Source: a virus
Length of the DNA: 64,000 nucleotides
Strand: one strand, 5' to 3'
IMG/VR virus record: IMGVR_UViG_3300035158_000384
Location: 31,754 to 95,753 of that record
Shown in pieces: positions 8,184-16,779 of this stretch. The stretch's first letter is position 1. Each line of letters begins with the position of its first letter. The position numbers and the translations under genes are program-made. Below the pieces are notes generated by a model. That model did not search any database. It was not told the origin of the DNA and saw only the letters and a list, made by a program, of their open reading frames with translations.

Positions 8184-8887
8184 GTACCTTTCGGAAACGG
8201 TGGAGGTTCAACGAGGTGGCATGCACAAAAGGCGTAAATCGTATTCCATTGTGCTTGTGTCAACTTCTCGGCACTCTCGTAGTGAAACACCCCAAAGTGA
8301 GGCGCAAAAAGGTCTGTACTCAGGGACACACGCACCCAACCAAGGGAGTCTGCGGTGGCCTCGGGGTTTTTATCTGTTGGTCTGAGTATTCGGATCAGTT
8401 CGCTGTGTTTGCCGTATTTGCACGGGTGGTATTTGCCGTCTGGCGTAATATAGCCGCTTCCCGTCGCAAAAGGGTTGTCGTCCTCGTCCTCGTCGGGGAG
8501 AGGGGTGTACTCGTCGGGTTCTTCGGGTTGAATTTTGGTATGCACAGTAGCGGCCCCATACTGTTCCAACAGCGGGCACGTTTTGACGTCGCCCAAGCTC
8601 TCACGCGGGTTGTTCTCGAGGTACAAGTTTGCGGCGGCGAAGATGTCTGCCAGCGCAGGGTAGTCCGCGGGGGGTGTCCAGTCGTCATCGACCACGTCCC
8701 ACGCACCCTCGCCGTCATCAGCGTACTTTTTCCGCCCGTAAATGACCTCCAAGCACAGTTCCAGCGGCTGGGGTGGAACTGTGCAGGACAAAACATCGAG
8801 TGCGACCGCGAAACGTCCCTCGCGCCAAAGGTCTCTGGCGCACGTCGTCACACTTTCTCCTTTAATGCTCATGGTTATGGTGTCCAT
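8180..8887 (-). CDS. hypothetical phage protein (GYITPDG...H...GWVR domain)
   Basis: C-terminal G-x-I-x-P-D-G..H..GW motif common in phage proteins; start trimmed to MDTIT. Confidence 0.65.
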   Translation of the reverse strand: MDTITMSIKGESVTTCARDLWREGRFAVALDVLSCTVPPQPLELCLEVIYGRKKYADDGEGAWDVVDDDWTPPADYPALADIFAAANLYLENNPRESLGDVKTCPLLEQYGAATVHTKIQPEEPDEYTPLPDEDEDDNPFATGSGYITPDGKYHPCKYGKHSELIRILRPTDKNPEATADSLGWVRVSLSTDLFAPHFGVFHYESAEKLTQAQWNTIYAFCACHLVEPPPFPKGT

Positions 8888-8898
8888 TACCCCCCCCC

Positions 8899-9243
8899 CT
8901 AGTAGTGGATGATCTCGGTCTGCATGAGAGCCTGCGCAAGGTCTCTCAGCTTGTCCGTGACCTCGACGATGCAACGCACCCGGTCGGCGTCGTCATCGAG
9001 CTTGACGTCCACCGTGATGGTGTCCATGTCCGTGCGTCCCATCTTTGCCATCGAAACCACAGCGGCTTCGGCCTCGGGGTCGTGTAGCGCATCAATGAGG
9101 ACGCCCACGCACGATTTGCACATGGTGGGCGCTTTGAAGATTGGACGGTACTTCAGAGGGCGCTCACAGACCTCACACTCTGATTTGTGAAGGCGGACGA
9201 CCTCGCACCCCAAGTGGGTGATGTTGTTTTCGTCTCTGTACAT
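8899..9243 (-). CDS. Zn-binding hypothetical protein
   Basis: CEVC...CKSC; GGAGAAGGGAG RBS. Confidence 0.65.
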   Translation of the reverse strand: MYRDENNITHLGCEVVRLHKSECEVCERPLKYRPIFKAPTMCKSCVGVLIDALHDPEAEAAVVSMAKMGRTDMDTITVDVKLDDDADRVRCIVEVTDKLRDLAQALMQTEIIHY

Positions 9244-9281
9244 TGTAGTTCTCCCTTCTCCGATTGAAAAAAAAGACTGGG

Positions 9282-9758
9282 TTACTGTTTGGGCCAGCCG
9301 GGTTCCCACGTTATCGCGTCTTCGCCCCATGTGCGAGCCACAAGCGCCGAAGCCTGCGCCGCATCCTCAACGAGGATGTTGCCGTCGTCCGTGAGCCAAA
9401 CGATGTCAGAACTGCTCGCGACACTCGCAGGGATTGCCGAAATGTCGAGAGCAACGCTCTCGCGTTCGGGAACGTAGTAGAGCACGAGCACTTCGCCCGT
9501 GGTACCCATCTTCTGACCGAACGCGCGGACGATCTGAAGGTCGGTGAGGTCCATCTGCACAGCGAGGCGGTACACCGTCGCCCGTGTGGTGTCGTCGTCC
9601 GTGAAGTGGTTGGCGATCTTGGTGATTTCGTTTACCCGGCTGTCGGGCTGGGTCTCCGCTTCTGCTCCGCATTTCGGGCAGGTGAGCCGGTCACACTTGT
9701 TGTGTATGTAGTGTGATTCACACTCACAATCCCAAAACCCATCGTGTGTTGTTGGCAT
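9282..9758 (-). CDS. hypothetical protein with N-terminal Zn finger
   Basis: FWDCEC..YIH...CPKCGA...QPDSR; GGAGAAGGGAG RBS. Confidence 0.7.
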   Translation of the reverse strand: MPTTHDGFWDCECESHYIHNKCDRLTCPKCGAEAETQPDSRVNEITKIANHFTDDDTTRATVYRLAVQMDLTDLQIVRAFGQKMGTTGEVLVLYYVPERESVALDISAIPASVASSSDIVWLTDDGNILVEDAAQASALVARTWGEDAITWEPGWPKQ

Positions 9759-9823
9759 CTTGTCTCCCTTCTCCGATTTTGGCCCCTGTTTCCGGTCGAA
9801 GCCTTCCACCGTGTTCTATTTCA

Positions 9824-9852
9824 AGTATACCACACGCTTGACACAATGTCAA
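9824..9852 (-). promoter_or_regulatory. sigma70 promoter TTGACA-17-TATACT (cassette copy 2)
   Basis: Near-identical to 32-59; -35 embedded in the 15-bp palindrome. Confidence 0.8.
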
Positions 9853-9860
9853 GCCCTTTT

Positions 9861-10127
9861 TCAAAAAAATTTCCCCGGTTCCGGGGAATCCGCATCGAAA
9901 ACCGTGCGGAGGGGTGCGGGTGTGCGCACGTCCACATCGAGCGTCTCGAGCATCATCTGCGGGTGCTTATCCCACAGGGTTAAGAGCATGCGTACCGAGA
10001 CCGGGGGGAAGTAGTTGCCTTGCTCCCACTCCCGTGCGGCGTTGGAGCTGATTCCCAACGCACGGCCCAAATCGGTGTAACTCCACCGATACTCGAGCAT
10101 GAGCCTTCGTATTAGTCCATTCTCCAT
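9861..10127 (-). CDS. XRE/Cro-like helix-turn-helix protein
   Basis: IRRLMLEYRWSYTDLGRALGISSNAAREWEQGNYFP matches the HTH_3 pattern; GGAGG RBS. Confidence 0.75.
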   Translation of the reverse strand: MENGLIRRLMLEYRWSYTDLGRALGISSNAAREWEQGNYFPPVSVRMLLTLWDKHPQMMLETLDVDVRTPAPLRTVFDADSPEPGKFF

Positions 10128-10128
10128 T

Positions 10129-10425
10129 TTACCTCCCGCATCCGGCGCGACGCATGGCCTGCGTGGGTCCGTGGACATCGAACCACTCGCGTGCCTCTTC
10201 ACGCGCCTCTTCGAGCCGATCCTCGTCCTCGGAGCACCGCTCGCAGAGGTATGCGTAATCCTCGGAGCAGTCACATCCGCAGTACGCACAACGGGTTTCG
10301 TCCGCTTCCCGCTCCCATGCGCCTGTGGCTTTGGCGTGGCGGGTAACGTGGGCATGCGCATGGGAAATGAGTATATCGAGGACTTTCTCCTCGTAGTCTT
10401 CCCGTGCGGCGTCGTGAATATCCAT
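10129..10425 (-). CDS. Zn-finger hypothetical protein
   Basis: CAYCG...LCERC; GGAGAAGGGAG RBS. Confidence 0.65.
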   Translation of the reverse strand: MDIHDAAREDYEEKVLDILISHAHAHVTRHAKATGAWEREADETRCAYCGCDCSEDYAYLCERCSEDEDRLEEAREEAREWFDVHGPTQAMRRAGCGR

Positions 10426-10494
10426 CTGTTGCTCCCTTCTCCGGTTGAAAAGTGGCGGGGGGTTTACCCCCGCCTGTCGGGTATTGCGGACGGT

Positions 10495-10935
10495 TTATTT
10501 CGTGCGACACACCGGCCCGATCCCGAGATCAATCGAGATGGGGTCGGTGAGCGGGCGGTTGCACCGCAGGCATCGTTTGGCGAGTTTCACGGAGTATTTG
10601 GCGGCGTCGAAATGCGGTGATTTGCGCCCCAAAACGAGGGTGGTGAACATGTGGGCGAGCTTCTCCCACTTGCTCCACAGCGCCCATCCGTCGCCGTGTC
10701 CGCGCCGTGACTTCCATACGGCGACGCGGTCGCCGTTGATGACGAAGCCGAAACCGGTGTAGTCGGCCTCGTTATCGGGGCCGGTGAGCAACCCGATAAC
10801 GCGGGAACCGGGCGCGAATTTGGCCTTTTCCGCCTGCGTTCGCACGCGGAAGGTCCGGTGTTCACCGGTTTCCTCGTTCCTCAGCGTGAAAAACCCGTTG
10901 AGGATTCCGGGCGTTTTTGCCGTCGTTTCTTCCAT
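10495..10935 (-). CDS. DUF6011-type domain protein
   Basis: C-terminal CLRCNRPLTDPISIDLGIGPVC signature. Confidence 0.75.
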   Translation of the reverse strand: MEETTAKTPGILNGFFTLRNEETGEHRTFRVRTQAEKAKFAPGSRVIGLLTGPDNEADYTGFGFVINGDRVAVWKSRRGHGDGWALWSKWEKLAHMFTTLVLGRKSPHFDAAKYSVKLAKRCLRCNRPLTDPISIDLGIGPVCRTK

Positions 10936-10971
10936 GTGCTCCCCCTTCTCCGAAAATCAAAGCTCACCTGA

Positions 10972-11000
10972 AGCATACCACACGATTGGCCTTGTGTCAA
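10972..11000 (-). promoter_or_regulatory. sigma70 promoter TTGACA-17-TATGCT (cassette copy 3)
   Basis: Same upstream cassette as copies 1 and 2. Confidence 0.75.
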
Positions 11001-11060
11001 GCGATTTTCCAAAAAAATTTTCGGGGAGCCGGGGAAACGGCATCGGAAAAGGGGTTTGTG

Positions 11061-11219
11061 TCACTTCCTGTGAGGCGCTCGCGGGAGTTTGCGTTGCACA
11101 ATCTGTGAGCCTGTGCCGGGGCACGGTTTGCCCGCGCAATAATGGTCGTAAGTACGGAAGTGTTGTGCAATACGCCCATCTGTAGTGATTTTCACCAAAC
11201 GACCACACCGGGGGCACAT
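11061..11219 (-). CDS. small Zn-finger protein
   Basis: MCPRCGR...H...CPGTG; start adjacent to the upstream stop. Confidence 0.55.
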   Translation of the reverse strand: MCPRCGRLVKITTDGRIAQHFRTYDHYCAGKPCPGTGSQIVQRKLPRAPHRK

Positions 11220-11220
11220 C

Positions 11221-11517
11221 TTAGGAACCATCCTCGGATACATCTGGTATCCCCCTTTCGCCACACAGAATTTCTATGAGGAGCGCTCTGTAGTCATTCA
11301 ATTGGTCACTTAACCGGTTCAGGTATTTTGGATCGGCCCCGTGCGCGACAAGGCCGAGCATACGAAAAGCGATGTGGTCAGCGCATTGCTGTAGTACCAA
11401 GTTTTCGCCCTTCGGGTGGTCCTTTATAGACTCTTCAGCCACGTCGAGGCGTTCGCGGAAGCTCTTGAGCCATTCGTCAAACGGTTCTGGTTTGGACACT
11501 TCCTTGCGGTCTGCCAT
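11221..11517 (-). CDS. hypothetical protein
   Basis: 98-aa ORF downstream of the promoter at 11557-11585. Confidence 0.65.
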   Translation of the reverse strand: MADRKEVSKPEPFDEWLKSFRERLDVAEESIKDHPKGENLVLQQCADHIAFRMLGLVAHGADPKYLNRLSDQLNDYRALLIEILCGERGIPDVSEDGS

Positions 11518-11556
11518 AATGCCCCCGTAGTTGTGGTTTGGCTTGTTTTATTTTGC

Positions 11557-11585
11557 AGTTTAACCTATGGACCGGGTTTTGTCAA
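11557..11585 (-). promoter_or_regulatory. sigma70 promoter TTGACA-17-TAAACT
   Basis: Correct spacing, immediately after a terminator. Confidence 0.7.
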
Positions 11586-11596
11586 GAAAATACAAC

Positions 11597-11627
11597 AAAA
11601 AAGTACCCCGGTGGGCTAATCCGGGGT
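11597..11627 (-). terminator. intrinsic terminator (copy B)
   Basis: ACCCCGG/CCGGGGT stem plus T6. Confidence 0.7.
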
Positions 11628-11727
11628 TCTGGAAAGGGCGTCGCGGTGGTCGACGCCGCTTGGCAGGTTTTATGGAATTACTACACACTTGCGCCTTACA
11701 CGTCAAGCGTAATTCGGATTTTTCTTG

Positions 11728-11762
11728 AAAAAGAAGAACCCCGGTGGGCTGGACCGGGGTTC
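11728..11762 (-). terminator. intrinsic terminator ending the structural operon (copy A)
   Basis: GAACCCCGGT/ACCGGGGTTC stem plus TTCTTTTT. Confidence 0.75.
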
Positions 11763-11785
11763 AAGGGGCTGACAGAGATGGCCCG

Positions 11786-12202
11786 CTACTCCGGGGGCTG
11801 TGGAGCGGCGGGCTCTGTCGGAAAGGATGAAGGATTTTGTTCTTCCGCTCCTTCAACGGGAGTTTCCTCTTTGGCTTCTTCCGGGTAGCTGTACTCGGTC
11901 GTGGCCTTCAATCTTGTGTCGAGGCGGACCCATGCAATAGATTCCTGCCCTTGCAGGTTGGTGCGTTCAAAAAATGACCGCAACAAATCTGTCTCGCCTT
12001 CCTGAACCTCGAAAACGATCATGTCAACAGGGTCTGCGTCAAGCACAACCCGCTTGGGCTGTAACGAGCCAATCCTCTGCATCAGCGTGTAGTACGTCCG
12101 CGCTTCACGCCCTGACATACTGACACGTTCAAGGAATACCATAAGGTCTTGTCGGTCTTGCACGGTCAACAGAATTGCCGGTTTCGGCTTTGCTTCTGCC
12201 AT
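11786..12202 (-). CDS. hypothetical protein with two internal helical repeats (possible fibre chaperone)
   Basis: DLMVFLERVSMSGREA vs DLLRSFFERTNLQGQES; last gene after the tail fibres. Confidence 0.6.
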   Translation of the reverse strand: MAEAKPKPAILLTVQDRQDLMVFLERVSMSGREARTYYTLMQRIGSLQPKRVVLDADPVDMIVFEVQEGETDLLRSFFERTNLQGQESIAWVRLDTRLKATTEYSYPEEAKEETPVEGAEEQNPSSFPTEPAAPQPPE

Positions 12203-12295
12203 ACTCGCCTCCACGTTTTTTGAAAGTGTTTTACGGGTAACTCGATAACCATACTCTATCGAACTAAGAGCGTTCTGTCAAACACAAATCGCGTT

Positions 12296-13828
12296 TTAAG
12301 GTGCGAAGTATGGTAAGAGTATGCGCACGCGCAAATCTCCAGCGTAGCACTCCGCCGCAAAATCGCCTCCGGTTTCCGAACCGTCGCGCATGGCAAGGTT
12401 GTCGGTTTTGTACATCCAGTTGTCCACGTAGGACATCGCAAACATCGCGTTGTCGTTGACAAATCCAAGCTTCAAAACATCAGGGTCTACCGAGTGTACC
12501 CAAAAGCCTTTTACAATCAACGAAGCACTTCCTATGTTTTCCCCTTCCACAGCCACATTTTTTCCGAAATCGGTGAGGTAATTCCCTTTTATAAACTGCG
12601 TACCTGAACCATCGTCAATAACCGGGCGGAGGAAAATTTGGATGTGGAAATTCAGGAAGTCGTCGAGGGTGAGCGACCCGTCGAAAATGGTTTCGTCAAA
12701 AACACCCCCGTTTTCGGCCCGTATGTCAAAATTGTCTTTCGATGGTAACGGATTCTCGGGGTTGCTTTGGCTAATGCCCGACACAATGTACTGGTAGTTG
12801 GAGGAGCCACCGGCTGTTGGGCGGCTTGTAACAACCTCACCAAGCTGCCCCGCCCAGTTGCTCAGGTGGATGTTGTAGAAGTCCGGGTTGTCGTAACCCA
12901 TGAAATCGCAAGTGGCTGTACCAAAATCACCTCCACCGTTGCCTCGGTTTGATACTCCATTCCTAGCACCTGTAATGCCACCAATATCGGCTAGTCGAAA
13001 CCAGCCAGTATCCAAAGCAACCTGCATACCAGCTTGACTTAACGTCAAAAAAGGATTGGCCGCTGACGGAGACGACGCGCCATCCGCAGCATCTTTCTGA
13101 TCGTCTGTGAGATGTTTCTCATTCGACCGCACGTTTGTAATGTGGTCTTGTAGTTTGGACGAAGCTTCAAACTGTGAGGTGCCGTCGTTGTACTCCAAAA
13201 TTTGATTTGCTGTCGGGGAGAGGCTCGTCTGCACATCCTCGAGGCTCTTCAGTTCACGTTCCGGCAGGCCGGTCGTCCACTTGGCCCCGTCGTAGTAAAA
13301 GCCGTCCCCTGCGGACGGAGCAAGACTGTCAACGTCTTGCAAACTCGACAGGTCCATGTCCGGTGTACCGGCAACCCATGTACTCGTGCCTGCATCGTAA
13401 ACCAGCGCGTCACCGTCCACAACACCCGCGGTATCCACATCCGTCAATTCTGCGAGCGTAAAAGCGGTAGCAACCCATTCTGCACCGTCGTATGTGATCA
13501 CATCACCTGTGGACGGGCTTAACGGGTTTTGGACGTCTGTGAGGTCTTCCAGCGCGATTGTTACAGCCCCGCCCTTGAGCACGCCGTCGTCGTCAAGCGA
13601 CACACGAAGATAGTCATGGAGCGAAGCCAAGTTACCTGCGGCGTCATTAATGGCGTCGATTATTTCATCTTGCTTGACTCGCACAACAGTATCGCGGTAC
13701 GCAAGGTTTTTGCTTGGCCGGTTGAACGCCTCGAAAAAGACAGGGTCCGGTCCAATCAAGTAGTCAACGTCGCCGCTGTTATAATTTGTCCCGTCTGCGA
13801 GGGGCAAACCTGTTTTGGTTATGGCCAT
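12296..13828 (-). CDS. tail fibre protein
   Basis: Baseplate-anchor N-terminus shared with 13842..15812; repeats L.DL.DV...G..L.YDG..W. Confidence 0.8.
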   Translation of the reverse strand: MAITKTGLPLADGTNYNSGDVDYLIGPDPVFFEAFNRPSKNLAYRDTVVRVKQDEIIDAINDAAGNLASLHDYLRVSLDDDGVLKGGAVTIALEDLTDVQNPLSPSTGDVITYDGAEWVATAFTLAELTDVDTAGVVDGDALVYDAGTSTWVAGTPDMDLSSLQDVDSLAPSAGDGFYYDGAKWTTGLPERELKSLEDVQTSLSPTANQILEYNDGTSQFEASSKLQDHITNVRSNEKHLTDDQKDAADGASSPSAANPFLTLSQAGMQVALDTGWFRLADIGGITGARNGVSNRGNGGGDFGTATCDFMGYDNPDFYNIHLSNWAGQLGEVVTSRPTAGGSSNYQYIVSGISQSNPENPLPSKDNFDIRAENGGVFDETIFDGSLTLDDFLNFHIQIFLRPVIDDGSGTQFIKGNYLTDFGKNVAVEGENIGSASLIVKGFWVHSVDPDVLKLGFVNDNAMFAMSYVDNWMYKTDNLAMRDGSETGGDFAAECYAGDLRVRILLPYFAP

Positions 13829-13841
13829 TGTAGTCCCTCAA

Positions 13842-15812
13842 TTACACGCCTGAATACGGGAAAGTATCTGTAAGACCACCGGCGGAGTTGTACGCCGTAT
13901 TTCTTGAGATCGTGAGGGTGGACGCGCCGTCCACACGTATTGCTCTATCCGTTCCTGCCGCGGCGCTATCGTGGTAGCCTCGGGACTGTATGAGGAAAAC
14001 GTGGTTGTACAAGGACAACCCGTTCGCTGTACCGTTCGCGCCACCATAACAATTATCCACAAAGTTCGGGTCTCCCACAGTTCCACCCTTAACGACAAAC
14101 CCGCTGACATGATCACCTCCACCGGGGTCTTCACCAATCCCTCGACAATCCACAAGATGATTCCCAAGACTCTCTACATGGATACCTGCCATGTCGTCGT
14201 AAGTGAGGGTTCCGGTTTGAACCAACCCGCCTGACCGTCCAACGCAAGCGGTGAGGTGTGCGCGTGTTCCATCTACTTTGATACCAATACCGCGGACGGC
14301 ATAACCAATGCAGTTTGTCAATTTTGGTTCAGGTGCCGCAGAATTGACACGAATACCCATTCCGTTGTCAACCGCGTCCGCTGTTGTGATACCAACGCAC
14401 TTGCGCAGGTAGTCGGCTTCCGTTTCGATTGCTGTTGCTGCGGCTCCGGCATGTATAACTTTGCAACCTTCAACGTGGCTGTTTGTGTGCGCCATAATAC
14501 CTACTGTTGACGCACCGTCACACTCCGCAAGGCTGTTCAAGAAGTGCCCTTCGTAAACCCTGATTTTCACGGGGCTTGTACCCGCCGCGTATACATAACC
14601 ATTTCGGAACATGGCAGTTTCATCACCGTTCATGTAGACAGCCGCGCCGTCTGTACTGTAAATTCGACAATTCGTAACCTGCCCCTGATCCAAACGCAGC
14701 GTGAGTTCATCCGCGCCGTCGGACACCGATACGTTTTGCATAACCGCCCCGCTGTACTGCAAAGCCAGCAGCCACGTAGTCGCGGGATTTCCGGGGATCA
14801 ACGCGCGGTTCAAGTCTCGATGCCCGTTGCCGAGCCAACCAAAGTGGTTTGTCACGCGCATACCACCGTCAGGTGCGGTATTGGTGTTGATTGTAATGTG
14901 ACCCTGTGTAGTGTCGATATACAAGTACGCAGGCCACGGGTCAACCCAGCCCAACGCGGCGGGCCAAGTTGCGTTACCAAGCACAGCGATTCGATAACGG
15001 TATGTGCCTGATATGTCGCTCCACCCGGACGGACGTTTTCCTGAGTCTGTCGTGGCGTCAATCGCTTCCGACAAAGTGTTATAGTGTGCCACACCGTAAT
15101 CGGTAGTGAGTTCATCCCCGACATAGAGCACGTAAGCATCCGCGATCTTTTCTTCCAGATCACCCACGTCGTCCATCGTGGCGAATACATTGGTGGAGCT
15201 TGGTGAATTGGCCCCTGTCAGGGCGTCAAGTTCATCCTCGAAAGCAAGGTTCTGCCACTTGCTTGTTCCTGAATCGTATGTCAGTATGTCCTTGTCCGCT
15301 ACCCCGACAATGTCTGTATCACCGAGTTCGTCCAAAGCCGCTTCTTCGTTGACCCACTCCGCACCGTCGTATTTCAAAACTTCGGTTGCCGCAGGTCCGG
15401 TGATGTTGACGTTGTCCAAATCATCCAACGTGAGTGTGATGGAGTCGGGTGCTGTGGCAACCCACTCTGCACCGTCGTATTCCAAAAGATAGCCTGCCGC
15501 CGTGGGAACCGCTGTGACGTCGTTCAGGTCGTCCAGATTGATTGTCACAGGCCCCGGTTTGAGGTTTCCATCATCGTCGTGCGCCACACGAAGGTAGTCG
15601 TGAAGGGAAGGCTTGTTGCCAGCAGCGTCGTTTATGGCGTCAATGATGTCGTCTTGTTTGTCATGAACCATTTTGTCCCGATACGCAAGATTGCGGAGCG
15701 GGCGGTTCATAACCTCGTAGTAAACAGGATCGAACTCCGTGAAGTAATCGACGTCACCGTCTTCGTAATTCACCGCCAAAGCCAAAGGCAGCGTCACTTT
15801 GCTGATAGCCAC
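13842..15812 (-). CDS. tail spike with parallel beta-helix (pectin-lyase-like) domain
   Basis: Same N-terminus; YNTLSEAIDA followed by Cys/Gly/Asn-rich beta-helix coils. Confidence 0.8.
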   Translation of the reverse strand: MAISKVTLPLALAVNYEDGDVDYFTEFDPVYYEVMNRPLRNLAYRDKMVHDKQDDIIDAINDAAGNKPSLHDYLRVAHDDDGNLKPGPVTINLDDLNDVTAVPTAAGYLLEYDGAEWVATAPDSITLTLDDLDNVNITGPAATEVLKYDGAEWVNEEAALDELGDTDIVGVADKDILTYDSGTSKWQNLAFEDELDALTGANSPSSTNVFATMDDVGDLEEKIADAYVLYVGDELTTDYGVAHYNTLSEAIDATTDSGKRPSGWSDISGTYRYRIAVLGNATWPAALGWVDPWPAYLYIDTTQGHITINTNTAPDGGMRVTNHFGWLGNGHRDLNRALIPGNPATTWLLALQYSGAVMQNVSVSDGADELTLRLDQGQVTNCRIYSTDGAAVYMNGDETAMFRNGYVYAAGTSPVKIRVYEGHFLNSLAECDGASTVGIMAHTNSHVEGCKVIHAGAAATAIETEADYLRKCVGITTADAVDNGMGIRVNSAAPEPKLTNCIGYAVRGIGIKVDGTRAHLTACVGRSGGLVQTGTLTYDDMAGIHVESLGNHLVDCRGIGEDPGGGDHVSGFVVKGGTVGDPNFVDNCYGGANGTANGLSLYNHVFLIQSRGYHDSAAAGTDRAIRVDGASTLTISRNTAYNSAGGLTDTFPYSGV

Positions 15813-15837
15813 AGCACCACCTCAATTTGACACAATG

Positions 15838-16779
15838 TCAATACAAGATCGTGTGAATGAAGGAGTAGCTCACTCCAACAGGTTTGTTCAAGGCCGCAAA
15901 CGTCTTTCGAGCAAACAAAAACTCCAGCCCGGACGTTCCAGCCATCGTCAGACCTTCTTCGGAGATCGGTTCCCCAACTGCCTCTGTTTCGTCCAAACCT
16001 GCGGTGAATTGTACCGACCGGTCGTCGGGGAACTCAATCGTAGGTAGTTTGTAAGGAGGGCTTGAAAGGGTGTCGTACAGGTCTTCGTCAGTTTCTTCCG
16101 GGTCAATTGCGCGCGTGGGGTCCGACGGGTCGTTGCCTCCGTTGCCCCATTTCATCTTCGTGATGTAGAAGTACTCGGGATGCCCTGTAACCACGATGTC
16201 GTCAGGAAAACCTACCTCACCGGGGTCCGTACCCGGAACATACGCCGCGTATGTACTTGTGTCCACACCGTCAAGCTGGAAACTGTTGGCATCCAAAACC
16301 GTCACATCGTAGACACGTCCGCGCAAATTGATCCAGTCACTCTGTTCAATGTTGCGCAGGCGTGCTGTTGTTTGTGTCCCCGCTGGACCAAGCCCGTGAC
16401 CTGTAACGGTTACAACACAGACAACTGCGCTGGTCATGCCTTCAATCGCTACGTAATTGTTGTGGTATGCAAACGTCGTGGGTCCGACGGAGTTTTGTAC
16501 CCCAACACACAAACGAGACATAGCTTTGCGAGCGGCCAAAACCACAAGGTTTGAATCCTCAAAGACTACACCTTTGAAACGACCCTCACGTTTCAATTTT
16601 TCTCGCGCTTCCGTGGTCAAAGGTGCAACAGGTGCTTCATAAGCCTCTACACACAAACGCCCACCGGGAACCGTAAATCGATCTGCTTTGACTGTCGCCA
16701 AAGCCTTTACTGCCTGAATACGTAAGGCGTCGGCGAGCTTGTTGCAAAACCGTTTGAAGCGATCTCCGAAATCACCCAT
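15838..16779 (-). CDS. baseplate/tail-collar protein with inserted FCCH-like beta domain
   Basis: NLVV...MKWGNGG...ISEEGL...LFARKTF collar pattern; insert VVTVTGHGL...VTVLDANSFQL.GVDTS.Y. Confidence 0.65.
   Translation of the reverse strand: MGDFGDRFKRFCNKLADALRIQAVKALATVKADRFTVPGGRLCVEAYEAPVAPLTTEAREKLKREGRFKGVVFEDSNLVVLAARKAMSRLCVGVQNSVGPTTFAYHNNYVAIEGMTSAVVCVVTVTGHGLGPAGTQTTARLRNIEQSDWINLRGRVYDVTVLDANSFQLDGVDTSTYAAYVPGTDPGEVGFPDDIVVTGHPEYFYITKMKWGNGGNDPSDPTRAIDPEETDEDLYDTLSSPPYKLPTIEFPDDRSVQFTAGLDETEAVGEPISEEGLTMAGTSGLEFLFARKTFAALNKPVGVSYSFIHTILY

Noticed and set aside
12296-15812. Paired fibre genes as an invertible or DGR switching system
   Set aside because: Same orientation, shared N-termini only, no invertase or adenine-specific variant repeat seen
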